Positions 10,452 through 20,338 of a DNA stretch of 64,000 bases are shown here, piece by piece. The DNA is taken from positions 28,538 through 92,537 of the forward strand of contig JAVCCL010000020.1 in NCBI GenBank assembly GCA_030765505.1, read 5' to 3'. The stretch is from Candidatus Kaelpia imicola (GTDB taxonomy: Bacteria > Omnitrophota > Gorgyraeia > Kaelpiales > Kaelpiaceae). How positions within the stretch are numbered: the first letter of the stretch is position 1; each line of letters begins with the position of its first letter. The notes beneath the pieces were generated by a model, which did no database searches, was not told the DNA's origin, and worked only from the letters and a program-made list of their open reading frames with translations. A program made the translations under genes and the position numbers.

Positions 10452-11389
10452 AACAGAGGGTTAAAATTTTAAAGATTCTAAGTCAATCTGACTTTGTATC
10501 AGGTCAGAGTATTGCAGATAGCTGCAATATAAGCAGGATTGCGGTCTGGAAACATATAAACTATCTGAAGAGTAAAGGGCTAAAGATAAATACTTATCTC
10601 AATAAGGGATATAGTTTCACCGGATTTGGCGATAGGTTGCTTCCTGAAGTGGTTAGACTCAATCTCCTCAAGAATAATTTTATAAAGGATATTATCTATT
10701 TTAATGAGATCGATTCTACCAATAATGCTGCTAAGAGAATACTTAAAGAAGGTTCTCTGGTTATTGCAGAGCAGCAGAAGAAAGGGAGAGGTAGGAATGG
10801 AAAGGAGTGGAAGTCTGAGAAGTACAAAGATATTCTTTTCTCTGTTACGGTCTCTCCCAAGATGCCCTATCACTATCTTCCGATTTTTAATATTGTAGGT
10901 GCATTATCTATAGCCGGAGCTTTAAATAGGTTGTTTAAGATAGATGCAAAGACCAAATGGCCAAATGATATCTTAATAGGGAATAAGAAAGTAGCTGGGG
11001 TGCTGGTCGAATTTATCGCAGAGATTGACTTAATAGATAAGCTTATTTTAGGAGTCGGCATAGATGTAAATTCTAAGCCGAAGATATCTAGAGCCTCTTC
11101 AATTTTATCTATTCTGAAGAAAGGCAAATTAGATAGGCTGGAAATTTTAATCGCAGTTGTTAACGAGCTGCATAGTTTTATAAAATTAATTGGAAATAAA
11201 AATTTCTCTAAAATCCAGGCTATCTGGAAGAGCTGTTCATTGGATTACGGTAAAGATGTAAAGGTAAAAGAGAATGGAAAAATAATTGTCGGAAAGTCAG
11301 ATGGAATAGATAGTTATGGCAATTTGATTCTTAGAGAGGGCCGTACTATCTCTATCCTCCATACTGTAAGCTCTCTTAAGATTATATAG
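10433..11389 (+). CDS. birA: Bifunctional biotin-protein ligase / repressor BirA (with N-terminal HTH)
   Basis: HTH VSGQSIADSCNISRIAVWKHINYL, DSTN, GRGRNG, KWPNDI, KKVAGVL. Confidence 0.95.
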   Translation: MQSKGIKQRVKILKILSQSDFVSGQSIADSCNISRIAVWKHINYLKSKGLKINTYLNKGYSFTGFGDRLLPEVVRLNLLKNNFIKDIIYFNEIDSTNNAAKRILKEGSLVIAEQQKKGRGRNGKEWKSEKYKDILFSVTVSPKMPYHYLPIFNIVGALSIAGALNRLFKIDAKTKWPNDILIGNKKVAGVLVEFIAEIDLIDKLILGVGIDVNSKPKISRASSILSILKKGKLDRLEILIAVVNELHSFIKLIGNKNFSKIQAIWKSCSLDYGKDVKVKENGKIIVGKSDGIDSYGNLILREGRTISILHTVSSLKII

Positions 11390-11435
11390 TTTGAATCATA
11401 CCCAATCCACCATGGTTAATTTTTTATAACCTTTA

Positions 11436-11473
11436 TTGACATTGTTTACTTTTTTTATATAATTGTTAACATC
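11436..11473 (+). promoter_or_regulatory. Sigma70 promoter overlapped by a BirA-type operator
   Basis: TTGACA 11436-11441, 16-nt spacer, TATAAT 11458-11463; inverted repeat TGTTTAC (11443-11449)-N15-GTTAACA (11465-11471) fits the BirA box wwTGTtAAC-N14-16-GTTaACAww. Confidence 0.8.
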
Positions 11474-11508
11474 AAATATCAATCTTTTCAGTTTTTTGAT
11501 TAAAAACT

Positions 11509-12771
11509 ATGTATCGAAAGAATTTTTATTTAGCTGGAAGAGGTGTTGGCTTATCTCAGTTAGTATTTTCGCTTTTAGCAACAATAGTAGGTGCTTCGTC
11601 AACAATCGGTTTGATGAGCTTTGCCTATGCCGTTGGTCTGCCCGCTGCTCTATGGCTTATATTTCGTTCACTGGGATTATTTTTGCTCTCCTTGTGTTAC
11701 TCAGGATTTTTTTCAAAAGACGATAACTATACAATTTCAGAATTCCTGGGTAAGAGATACGGTATTGAAGTCAAAAAGATTGCAAGCTGGGCTATATTTC
11801 TATCTTGGATTGGGGTTATTGCTGCTCAGATTCTTGCATTAAAAGAACTAATTGGGGTATTTATTCCCGCGGCTCCTTCAGTTCCAACCGTTCTTGTAAT
11901 AACAATATTTTTAGCAGCATATACTCTAATAGGGGGGCAGAGAGCGGTAATAGTTACAGATAGAGTGCAGCTTTTGCTTTTGATATCGGGACTCTTGGCT
12001 ATAAATTTTGTTTTTATAAAAAGATTAGGATGTAATTGTATAAATATAGGTTCTGATTATATTAATTTTCCTGTCAATAGTAGATTTTCCATGTCTGAAT
12101 TATTATACCTCGGCTCTGTATTGATACCTGTATATTTTATAGGTCCGGATATACATTCCAGGATTTTCTGTTCTCGCGATAAGAGAGTTATTAAAAAAGC
12201 TCTTAAGATTACAGCTCTGATTCTTTTACCCCTTTCATTATTGATAGTATTTCCTGCTTTAATGCTTCATGGTGCTCCAGTTTTTTCTGGCCCAACCGAT
12301 GTTTTGAATCTTTTTTTTAATCAGCTTATAGATTTTAGACCTGCTTTTTACCTTTTCTTAGTTGCCTTAATATCTACGCTTCTCTCTTCAGCAGATAGTT
12401 GTCTTATGACATCAGCTACCATATTTACACACGATATATTAAACCTACATAGAGATAGAGATGTTCTTTATACCAGGATTACTATATTCTCAATAGCATT
12501 GCTGGCATTTGTTTTAAGTTTTTATTTTAAAGATATTATCAGTCTTCTTAAAGCCTCTTATTCAATCTATACATCGGGCGTATTTATTCCTTTCTTATTG
12601 ATTCCTTTTAAAGATAGATTGAAAATCAAAAATAGAGCTGTTTTTATAAGCATGCTGGTCTCAGGCTCTATCGGGATAGTATCTGTTTTTTCGGGTTTTA
12701 AGATTGGAGTAATCTGTTCATATTTAGCCTCAGGAGTTGTTATATGTATTCTCTCTTATCTAAAAAAGTGA
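11509..12771 (+). CDS. Sodium:solute symporter (SSS/PanF-like), candidate biotin permease
   Basis: FYLAGR, ATIVGASSTIG, YTLIGGQRAVIVTD, STLLSSADS motifs, multiple TM helices; substrate inferred from context only. Confidence 0.85.
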   Translation: MYRKNFYLAGRGVGLSQLVFSLLATIVGASSTIGLMSFAYAVGLPAALWLIFRSLGLFLLSLCYSGFFSKDDNYTISEFLGKRYGIEVKKIASWAIFLSWIGVIAAQILALKELIGVFIPAAPSVPTVLVITIFLAAYTLIGGQRAVIVTDRVQLLLLISGLLAINFVFIKRLGCNCINIGSDYINFPVNSRFSMSELLYLGSVLIPVYFIGPDIHSRIFCSRDKRVIKKALKITALILLPLSLLIVFPALMLHGAPVFSGPTDVLNLFFNQLIDFRPAFYLFLVALISTLLSSADSCLMTSATIFTHDILNLHRDRDVLYTRITIFSIALLAFVLSFYFKDIISLLKASYSIYTSGVFIPFLLIPFKDRLKIKNRAVFISMLVSGSIGIVSVFSGFKIGVICSYLASGVVICILSYLKK

Positions 12772-14531
12772 ATTTAGTCCTTTTTGCGTTAACTCTGATT
12801 AAAACTATAGATGCTTCTGAGATAATTAAATTGTCCCCTATAGCTCTTAGAGATGATTTTTCTTTTTTTTCAGGTCCGTCTTTTTCAAGCAGCAAATTAG
12901 TTACAAAAGAAGAGGAGAGTTTTCTCTATGGCTCCATAGATGATCTTATTGAGAGCGAATTCAATATCGATATACAGCAGCGCGGTCTGTTTGCTGTGCA
13001 ATCGGAGCTGAATATCAGGGCCAGTAGTTTTGAGCAGAGCCTTGTTGTTGTTGATGGGGTTAATCTTAGTGATCCTCAGACATCTCATTTCAGTATGGAT
13101 CTACCGCTCTCTAATTATGATTGGCAGAGTATAAAAGTGTTAAAAGGATCAAGCTCTTCTCTCTATGGTTCTCATGCTATAGGCGGGGTACTTGATATTG
13201 AGACTGTTAGCCCGCGGGAGAATAATCTAAGAGTAAGCAGTACTTTTGGGGAGAAGCAGCTGCGTGTTTTTGATATTGCCTTAGATAGGGTTAGTGAGCC
13301 ATTGAACTATCATCTAAGTATTCAGCAAAGTTCCTCTGCCTCCTACAGGGAAGAGACTGATTTTAGCTCATTCAATATATTCTCTAAGTTTATTTTTAAT
13401 GAAATATTTGGTTCACCCAAAGTCGTTCTTGCCCATAATAGCAAAAAGTTTGGCGCCAGCTCTTTTTACTCCTCCAGTTATCCTAGAGAAGAGGAGAATA
13501 TAGATACAGAGCTTTATATTGTTAATTTTGATTTTATTTGGAATAATTTTGCTTTCTCTCCGATTTTATATTTTCGTCGTCATTGGGATAAGTTTATTCT
13601 TGATAGAAGTAACCCTGATCTGTTTAAAAACGTCAGCACTAATTATATTAGAGGGATTAAATTACCCTTCAGCTTTGCAATGCTTGATACCGGTATAGAC
13701 CTATCTCTGGAAGTTAGAGAGGAAGAGATTGACAGCACAAATATGGGTAAGCATTCAAGATCTCTGTTCTCTTTGTCTACGGCAGCATCTAAAGAACTAT
13801 CGGATAGATTAAGTTGTTTGATAAGTTTTAGAATAGATAATTATAGTGGCCTTGATATTGAGGTAAGTCCGGGGCTCTATCTTGAGTATAGACTAACAGA
13901 AGATAAAGGTATCTTTTCGTCTTTTCAGAGAGCGTATCGAGTGCCGAGTTTTACAGAGCTCTATTACTCCAGCCCGGCCAACATTGGAAATCTTAGCTTG
14001 TCAGTTGAGGATTCTTTTAGCATAGAATTAGGCTACTTAAAGAAAGGTATCTTATCTTACGGGGCTTCAGTTTTTCGGCGCTTTGATTACAATTTAATTG
14101 ATTGGGCCAGAAACTCTACTTCTGATGCCTGGAGAGCTCAGAATGTCTCTTATGCTAAAACAGATGGAATCGAAGGCTGGCTCTCTTATGATGATTTTAA
14201 ATTCTCATATGCTCTGTTTGATGCAGAACATAAGAGCAGAGCATCTTATAGTAAATATATTGCTAATTATCTTCAATATAATTTTAGTGTTTCACAAAAA
14301 ATAGAAACAGATTATTTCAATATTAACTTAGGTTTAAGCTATCAGGAAAGAGTTAAAAATAGCGGATTTTTTAATTTAGACGTAGTCTTATTTAAAGAGA
14401 TTATTTTAAAAGGTAATTCCGTTGATCTTTACCTAAAGTTTATGAATTTAACCAATGCTTCGAAGTCTGATATAGGAGGCGTTCCGCTGCCCGGAAGATG
14501 GGTCTCAATGGGTATAGCAATGGCATTTTAG
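12768..14531 (+). CDS. Small TonB-dependent receptor (plug + barrel)
   Basis: Plug motifs NIRASSFEQSLVVVDG and KVLKGSSSSLYGSHAIGGV, RAYRVPSFTELY, PGR near the end, C-terminal Phe; GTG 12768 overlaps the symporter stop (GTGA); ORF track starts at 12744. Confidence 0.85.
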   Translation: MNLVLFALTLIKTIDASEIIKLSPIALRDDFSFFSGPSFSSSKLVTKEEESFLYGSIDDLIESEFNIDIQQRGLFAVQSELNIRASSFEQSLVVVDGVNLSDPQTSHFSMDLPLSNYDWQSIKVLKGSSSSLYGSHAIGGVLDIETVSPRENNLRVSSTFGEKQLRVFDIALDRVSEPLNYHLSIQQSSSASYREETDFSSFNIFSKFIFNEIFGSPKVVLAHNSKKFGASSFYSSSYPREEENIDTELYIVNFDFIWNNFAFSPILYFRRHWDKFILDRSNPDLFKNVSTNYIRGIKLPFSFAMLDTGIDLSLEVREEEIDSTNMGKHSRSLFSLSTAASKELSDRLSCLISFRIDNYSGLDIEVSPGLYLEYRLTEDKGIFSSFQRAYRVPSFTELYYSSPANIGNLSLSVEDSFSIELGYLKKGILSYGASVFRRFDYNLIDWARNSTSDAWRAQNVSYAKTDGIEGWLSYDDFKFSYALFDAEHKSRASYSKYIANYLQYNFSVSQKIETDYFNINLGLSYQERVKNSGFFNLDVVLFKEIILKGNSVDLYLKFMNLTNASKSDIGGVPLPGRWVSMGIAMAF

Positions 14532-14577
14532 CCATTTAAAACTCCAATCTTGAAGCTATTTAGAGTATAATAAACGG

Positions 14578-15558
14578 ATGGCTTGGGATAGATTTTTAGA
14601 TCAAGATAAGATAATCTCTATACTTAGGTCTTATATAGAGTTAGATCAAGTATCAGGCAGCTTTATATTTTCAGGATTAAAAGGGGTCGGCAAGTTCTCT
14701 ATCGCTAAAGAGTTCTCTAAATCTGTTAATTGTTTACAAAGTGCTGGAGATAGCTGTTCCGTTTGTCAGAACTGTGTTCAGATAGAGAGAGAATTTCATC
14801 CCGACTTTTATATTGTTCGTCCAGCAGAGAAATCCGGTGAGATAACCATTGATATGATAAGAGAGTTGCAGAGGTTCTTGAATCTCTCTCCCGCAAATGC
14901 GAGAAAGAAGTTTTTTATAATAGATCAGGCTGAGAAGATGAATATTGAGTCAGCCAATGCATTTCTTAAAAGCCTTGAAGAACCTCCTTTAGATTCTGTT
15001 ATTATCCTGGTTAGTTCAAGGCCGGGTGCTCTCATTGCTACTATAAAATCCCGCTGTAAAGAGTTGAAATTTAGACCCTTAAGTAAGAAGACTATAGGGA
15101 TACTGCTGAGAGATAAGTTTGAATTGACTATAGAGGAATCAGCAAGAATATCGGCTCTCTCTGAAGGCGGATTAGATTTCGATTTAGAGGGCATAGATTT
15201 AACCGGTATTGAGACAACTTTAAAAGAGTTTTTCCGCTTCCCGCGGTTTAAAGAGAGAGGAGATAAAAACCTTTTGCATCAGCAGAGGGAGAGGTTAAAA
15301 GATAAGATTAGAATTCTGATTCTTTATATTAGAGATATTCTGTGTATAGTCAATGAAGTCGATTCTCTATCAGTTTTTCCAAGTTTAGACAATAGAGATA
15401 AGGTTATAAATATTGAGTCCAAAGATTTAATTGAAAAAATAGATAAATTGGAGTATCTTTACAGTGCGTTAGGTTCAAACGTAAATCCGGATTTTATCTA
15501 TAAAGTAGTTAGAAATTTATATAAGGAGGTTGAGCTTAAAAGTGAAATACACAGTTAA
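14578..15558 (+). CDS. holB: DNA polymerase III subunit delta'
   Basis: GLKGVGK, zinc module C..CSVCQNC, HPDF, ANAFLKSLEEPP, TIKSRC. Confidence 0.9.
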   Translation: MAWDRFLDQDKIISILRSYIELDQVSGSFIFSGLKGVGKFSIAKEFSKSVNCLQSAGDSCSVCQNCVQIEREFHPDFYIVRPAEKSGEITIDMIRELQRFLNLSPANARKKFFIIDQAEKMNIESANAFLKSLEEPPLDSVIILVSSRPGALIATIKSRCKELKFRPLSKKTIGILLRDKFELTIEESARISALSEGGLDFDLEGIDLTGIETTLKEFFRFPRFKERGDKNLLHQQRERLKDKIRILILYIRDILCIVNEVDSLSVFPSLDNRDKVINIESKDLIEKIDKLEYLYSALGSNVNPDFIYKVVRNLYKEVELKSEIHS

Positions 15559-16354
15559 TGTGCGTTTAAGAGAAGCAGGCAATGCAATAAATGGCTTTTG
15601 CGAAGATATCCCTCTCTTAGCCGGAGATATCGTTATTCTTCAGGTAGAGAGAGGCTATGATTACGGTGAGGTTATTTCCGACCCCCATCAGATGAGTAGT
15701 GATAAAGATATAAAAGGAGCTTATAAGGTTATAAGAAAAGCAACCAGGGAAGACTTTCTGCAAATAAAAAGAAATGAGAGAAAATCCAGAAGTGCTGTCA
15801 GAATATTTGAAAGAAAATTACGCCAACATAAGCTGGAGATGAAACTTGTTGGAGCAGAGTATGCGTTTGACAGGACAAAGATAATTTTCTATTTTACAGC
15901 TGAGGAGAGGATAGATTTCCGCTCCCTCGTGCGTGATCTGGCCAAAATATTCAAAACCCGCATAGAGCTTAGACAGATAGGTGTTAGAGATGAAGCTAAG
16001 ATATTGGGTGGTTACGGTGTTTGCGGCAGACCGCTCTGTTGTGCTTCATTTTTAAAAATGTTTTCTCCTGTCACTGTTAAGTTTGCTAAAGAGCAAAACC
16101 TTCCCATGAATCCGAGTAAGATATCCGGTGTCTGCGGGAGGCTGATGTGTTGTTTAGGTTTTGAGAAAAAGTTCTACGATCAGGCACTAAAAACAATGCC
16201 TAAGATAGGACAGAAAATAGATTTAGAAGACGGTAAGGCCAAGGTCATAGATGTAAATTATATTACAGGATTTACCAAGGTTGAATGTGAAGACGGAAGG
16301 ATTAAGAAGATAGACTTTAGAGATAAAAAGCCTGTTTCTAAAAATGAAAAATAA
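15542..16354 (+). CDS. ricT: PSP1/RicT (YaaT) family protein
   Basis: FYFTAEERIDFRSLVRDLA, TRIELRQIGVRDEA, CGRPLCC, CGRLMCCL; GTG 15542 fits the AGGAGG SD better than TTG 15530. Confidence 0.88.
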   Translation: MKYTVNVRLREAGNAINGFCEDIPLLAGDIVILQVERGYDYGEVISDPHQMSSDKDIKGAYKVIRKATREDFLQIKRNERKSRSAVRIFERKLRQHKLEMKLVGAEYAFDRTKIIFYFTAEERIDFRSLVRDLAKIFKTRIELRQIGVRDEAKILGGYGVCGRPLCCASFLKMFSPVTVKFAKEQNLPMNPSKISGVCGRLMCCLGFEKKFYDQALKTMPKIGQKIDLEDGKAKVIDVNYITGFTKVECEDGRIKKIDFRDKKPVSKNEK

Positions 16355-17903
16355 GAAATTCTGCATAACCACTCCGCTCTATTATGTAAATGGAGAGCCT
16401 CATATCGGTCACTCCTATACCAATGTAGCAGCAGATGTTTTAGCTCGTTATATGAGGATGAAGGGAGAGAGCGTATATTTTTTGACTGGCACCGATGAGC
16501 ATGGCCAGAAGATTGAGAGAGCAGCCAAAGAGTCAGGTTCGGATGATGTTAAGGTTTTCTGTGACTCAATAGTAAATAAGTTTATTGACCTCTGGGGTAT
16601 TTTAAATATATCTTACGATGATTTTATTCGTACAACAGAGTTTCGCCATGAAGAGACGGTCAAGAAAATTCTCGGCTCTCTTTATAAGGAGGGGTATATC
16701 TATGAATCAAACTACGAAGGTTGGTATTGCATGCCCTGTGAGACTTTCTGGATAGAGTCTCAGGTTGAGAACAAGCTTTGCCCTGACTGTGGAAGAGAGT
16801 TAGAATTTATAACCGAGAAAAACTATTTTTTAAAAATGTCAGAGCATAGAGATTGGCTTAAAAACTACCTGCAAGACAATAAAGGTTTTATCTTGCCTCA
16901 GTCACGTTTTAATGAGGTTATCTCTTTTCTTGAAAACCCATTGGCGGATCTATGCATCTCCCGCCCTAAAGAGAGGGTTTCATGGGGAATAGCTATCCCC
17001 TTTGATAACGATTATGTTACTTATGTCTGGTTTGAGGCTCTGCTTAACTATATAACAGCCCCAGGTTTTTTAAGAGAAGATGATAATTTCGAGAGTATTT
17101 GGCCTGCAGATGTGCAATTTATGGCAAAGGATATTTTGCGTTACCATGCTGTCTATTGGCCGATAATGCTGCATATGTTAGGGTTGGAACTTCCTAAGAT
17201 GGTATTCTCTCATGGTTGGTGGTTAGTAGAGAAGGAAAAGAGTATTGATAAGATATCTAAATCAAAGGGTAATGTGGTTGATCCCAGGGAGTTGGTCAAT
17301 AAATATAGCACTGATGCTTTGAGGTATTTTTTACTTAGAGAGGTTCCTTTTGGAATGGATGGGAACTTTTCAGAAAGCAGTTTTATAAAACGGGTCAACT
17401 CGGACTTGGCTAATGACTTCGGAAATCTTATTTTCAGAACTTTGAATATGATAGTAAAATATTATGACGGTATTATTCCGAAAAACGAGAGAGCTTTTGA
17501 TAACTGCGATGAGTCTTTCTCTTCTAAAATTGCGTCAATCTATGAAAAGATTGAAGAGTTCATGAAGAGAGTTGATTATCAGAATGTTTTAGAGACTATA
17601 TGGGAGTTAATAAGTGCAGCAAATAAATATATCGAGTTAAAAGCCCCCTGGAAGCTTAAAAAAGAAGACCCCGATGAGCTTGCCTATGTTATATATACTC
17701 TCTCTGATGTAATAAGGATTGTTTTGGTAGCACTTACTCCTTTTATTCCGGCATCTACTCAGAAGGCATGGTCTTATTTCGGGTATAAGGATAAGGTTGA
17801 AGAACATAGTTATTCTGAAATATCATTATGGGGCAAAATCCCTTTTAATCAGATTGTTGAAAAAGGAGAGCCTCTATTTCCCAGGATAGAGGTAGAAAAG
17901 TAA
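16344..17903 (+). CDS. metG: Methionine--tRNA ligase (short form, no C-terminal tRNA-binding domain)
   Basis: HIGH, GTDEHGQKI, CxxC...CxxC knuckle, KISKS, DLANDFGNL. Confidence 0.96.
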   Translation: MKNKKFCITTPLYYVNGEPHIGHSYTNVAADVLARYMRMKGESVYFLTGTDEHGQKIERAAKESGSDDVKVFCDSIVNKFIDLWGILNISYDDFIRTTEFRHEETVKKILGSLYKEGYIYESNYEGWYCMPCETFWIESQVENKLCPDCGRELEFITEKNYFLKMSEHRDWLKNYLQDNKGFILPQSRFNEVISFLENPLADLCISRPKERVSWGIAIPFDNDYVTYVWFEALLNYITAPGFLREDDNFESIWPADVQFMAKDILRYHAVYWPIMLHMLGLELPKMVFSHGWWLVEKEKSIDKISKSKGNVVDPRELVNKYSTDALRYFLLREVPFGMDGNFSESSFIKRVNSDLANDFGNLIFRTLNMIVKYYDGIIPKNERAFDNCDESFSSKIASIYEKIEEFMKRVDYQNVLETIWELISAANKYIELKAPWKLKKEDPDELAYVIYTLSDVIRIVLVALTPFIPASTQKAWSYFGYKDKVEEHSYSEISLWGKIPFNQIVEKGEPLFPRIEVEK

Positions 17904-17906
17904 TAA

Positions 17907-19280
17907 ATGTATCTTGTCGATACTCATTCTCATCTCTGGCATCCGGAGTTTAAATTTGATTTAAAAAGAGTGGTCAATAGAGCTAAAGAAAAGAGTGTTG
18001 AATACATAGTTGTATTAGGCGTTGATTTAGATACCTCTCTTAAATCCCTCTCTATTGCAAGAAAGTTCAAGAATATCTATGCTGCTGTAGGGTCTCACCC
18101 GCATAATGTAAAATCTTTTAAAGATAGAGATCTGCTGATTTTAAAGAAGCTGCTCAGGAGAAAGAAGGTTGTTGCTTTTGGGGAGATAGGCCTTGATTAC
18201 TACAGGAAGAGTTCAACTTCTAAGAACCAGATATCAATGTTGGAGAGACTGCTTGGACTATGGCAGGATTTTAACCATCTTCCGCTTGTTATACATAATA
18301 GAGATGCTGATGAGGATATATTATCAGTCCTGGATAACATAAAAAGATTTTCGCCTAAGGTTATTATGCATTGTTTCTCCGGAGATATTGATTTTTTAAA
18401 AAAGTGTCTAAAGAGAGGTTTCTATATATCCTATGCTACCAATCTGACGTTTAATCGAGATTTAAAAAAACTTATTAAGCATACACCATTGGATAGACTA
18501 TTGCTTGAGACAGACTCTCCCTATCTTGCGCCTTTAACAAGGAGAGGCGGTAGAAATGAACCTGCATTTTTAAAAGATTCTTTAGATATTGTTTTAAAAG
18601 AGAGATCGGTAACTGAAGAAGATCTCAGGCGGTCTCTAGCATTAAATTCTAAGAGGGTGTTCGGTATAGGGAGCATCAAGAGAGAACCCAAGTATCTGTA
18701 TAGATATAAGGATGGTCTATATATAAACCTTACAAATAGATGCAGCAACAGGTGTTATTTTTGCAGCGGTTTGGTCAGTGATTATTTTGCGGGGCATAAT
18801 TTAAGACTTAAGAGAGAACCTAAAATAGGCGAGGTTTTAAGGGCTATTGAAAAAGAGAAAGGATTTGATGAAGTTGCTTTTTGCGGCATAGGAGAACCTT
18901 TCTTTAAGTTTAGAGAGTTAAAAGAGATAGCTAAGGGTTTAAAAAGCAAGGGTTATAGAGTCCGCGTTATTACTAATGGATGCGGTAATTTAATCTCAAA
19001 AAGAAATCTCTTGCCCGAACTTAAAGGCTGTATCGACAGCATATCTATCAGTCTGAATGTCGAGGATAAAGATAAGTATAATTCTTTCTGTAATCCCGAT
19101 TTTGGAGATGATACTTTTAACAGAGTGATAGATTTTATTAAAGAGTCAAAAAAATATATACCTTGGGTAGAAGTAAGTTTTTTAGATATAGAGGGGTTCT
19201 CCCTTGAAAAAGCCAGGAAAATAACTGATGATTTGGGAGTTAAATGCAGAGTAAGGGCCTATAATTTGATTAAAGCCTGA
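17907..19280 (+). CDS. tatD: TatD hydrolase fused to TatD-associated radical SAM domain
   Basis: DTHSH, GEIGLDY, IHNR, MHCFS, LETDSP in the N-terminal part; YINLTNRCSNRCYFC (CX3CX2C, 18741-18764) and FCGIGEP in the C-terminal part. Confidence 0.88.
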   Translation: MYLVDTHSHLWHPEFKFDLKRVVNRAKEKSVEYIVVLGVDLDTSLKSLSIARKFKNIYAAVGSHPHNVKSFKDRDLLILKKLLRRKKVVAFGEIGLDYYRKSSTSKNQISMLERLLGLWQDFNHLPLVIHNRDADEDILSVLDNIKRFSPKVIMHCFSGDIDFLKKCLKRGFYISYATNLTFNRDLKKLIKHTPLDRLLLETDSPYLAPLTRRGGRNEPAFLKDSLDIVLKERSVTEEDLRRSLALNSKRVFGIGSIKREPKYLYRYKDGLYINLTNRCSNRCYFCSGLVSDYFAGHNLRLKREPKIGEVLRAIEKEKGFDEVAFCGIGEPFFKFRELKEIAKGLKSKGYRVRVITNGCGNLISKRNLLPELKGCIDSISISLNVEDKDKYNSFCNPDFGDDTFNRVIDFIKESKKYIPWVEVSFLDIEGFSLEKARKITDDLGVKCRVRAYNLIKA

Positions 19281-19285
19281 TTATT

Positions 19286-20338
19286 ATGGATTTTAAGAAA
19301 GGTTTAAAAGATTTTGTCGATGAGTTTGGTTTTTATATCTTTATACTCTTCTCTACATTTGTAATATCTCTCTTTGAAGCAGCTATCCCAAGGAGAATAT
19401 GTCTTGGTCAGTTATACTCCAAGGCTTTAGCTTTAAAGCAGGTGTGGGAAGAGAGGCTGGCTTTAAACGAAGAGAAGTTTTTAAATTTAGAAACTATTTT
19501 TGGTTCTCCGCTTTTTTTGATATTTTTGATATTCGCTTTTATCTCTATGGTTATGTTCTTAATCCAAATTTATAGAGCATTGACTTTAAAACCTCTTATA
19601 AAGAGATCCAATTTCTCTCCTTCTCCTCTCTGGAGTTTAAAAGATTTTCTTAAGATATTGGTTTGGGTTATATTCTGGCTTCAGATTTTCTCTGTCTCAG
19701 ATGAGTTGCTGGGATTTTTTATGAAAATATCGACCGAAAGAGAGTATATAGTCTTTAATCTTTTTAACTCATTTGCTTTAGATGTTACAATATTCGTTCT
19801 AATTTTATACTGGCTTAAGAAGTATTTCGGGCAGGGTCTGTCTGCAGTAGGTATAGGGCTTAAAAAGATGCTTTATTCTCTTAAAATAGCACTATCAAGC
19901 TATCTTTCTTTTATCCCTCTGCTCTTTATAGTTATGGTTTTAAGTTTGGCATTTTTGGGCAAGTATGAGAAAGCAAGTTCTCCGCAGTTGATATTCTTTT
20001 TTCTTCTTTTTGAAAAGAACCCTCTTGTTCTAACTTTGACCTCTCTCTTTGTCATTTTAATCGGGCCTTTTGTTGAAGAACTGTTTTTTAGAGGTCTGCT
20101 ATACACCGTTTTAAAAAAGTCAATAGGGGGATTACAGGCGCTCGTAATCTCATCTTTATTGTTTGCGTTTCTCCATATGAATATCATAGGTTTTTTTCCC
20201 ATACTGGCTTTAGCTTTTCTATTTGTATATCTTTATGAGAAGACGGGTTCTCTATGGTGCTCTATATTCGTGCATGTTCTGCATAATGGTTTTATATTGC
20301 TATTGATATTTCTCTGGAGGAGATATGTAGGGATATGA
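19286..20338 (+). CDS. CPBP (CAAX/Abi) family intramembrane metalloprotease
   Basis: EELFFRG, FAFLH and HVLHN motifs in a multi-TM protein. Confidence 0.88.
   Translation: MDFKKGLKDFVDEFGFYIFILFSTFVISLFEAAIPRRICLGQLYSKALALKQVWEERLALNEEKFLNLETIFGSPLFLIFLIFAFISMVMFLIQIYRALTLKPLIKRSNFSPSPLWSLKDFLKILVWVIFWLQIFSVSDELLGFFMKISTEREYIVFNLFNSFALDVTIFVLILYWLKKYFGQGLSAVGIGLKKMLYSLKIALSSYLSFIPLLFIVMVLSLAFLGKYEKASSPQLIFFFLLFEKNPLVLTLTSLFVILIGPFVEELFFRGLLYTVLKKSIGGLQALVISSLLFAFLHMNIIGFFPILALAFLFVYLYEKTGSLWCSIFVHVLHNGFILLLIFLWRRYVGI

Noticed and set aside
11414-11431. GGTTA-N8-TAACC inverted repeat after birA
   Set aside because: The 5-bp stem is too weak to call a terminator or second operator
11390-11508. 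Cobalamin or TPP riboswitch ahead of the symporter/TonB receptor
   Set aside because: The leader after the predicted promoter is only about 40 nt, AT-rich and lacks riboswitch core motifs; a BirA operator explains it better
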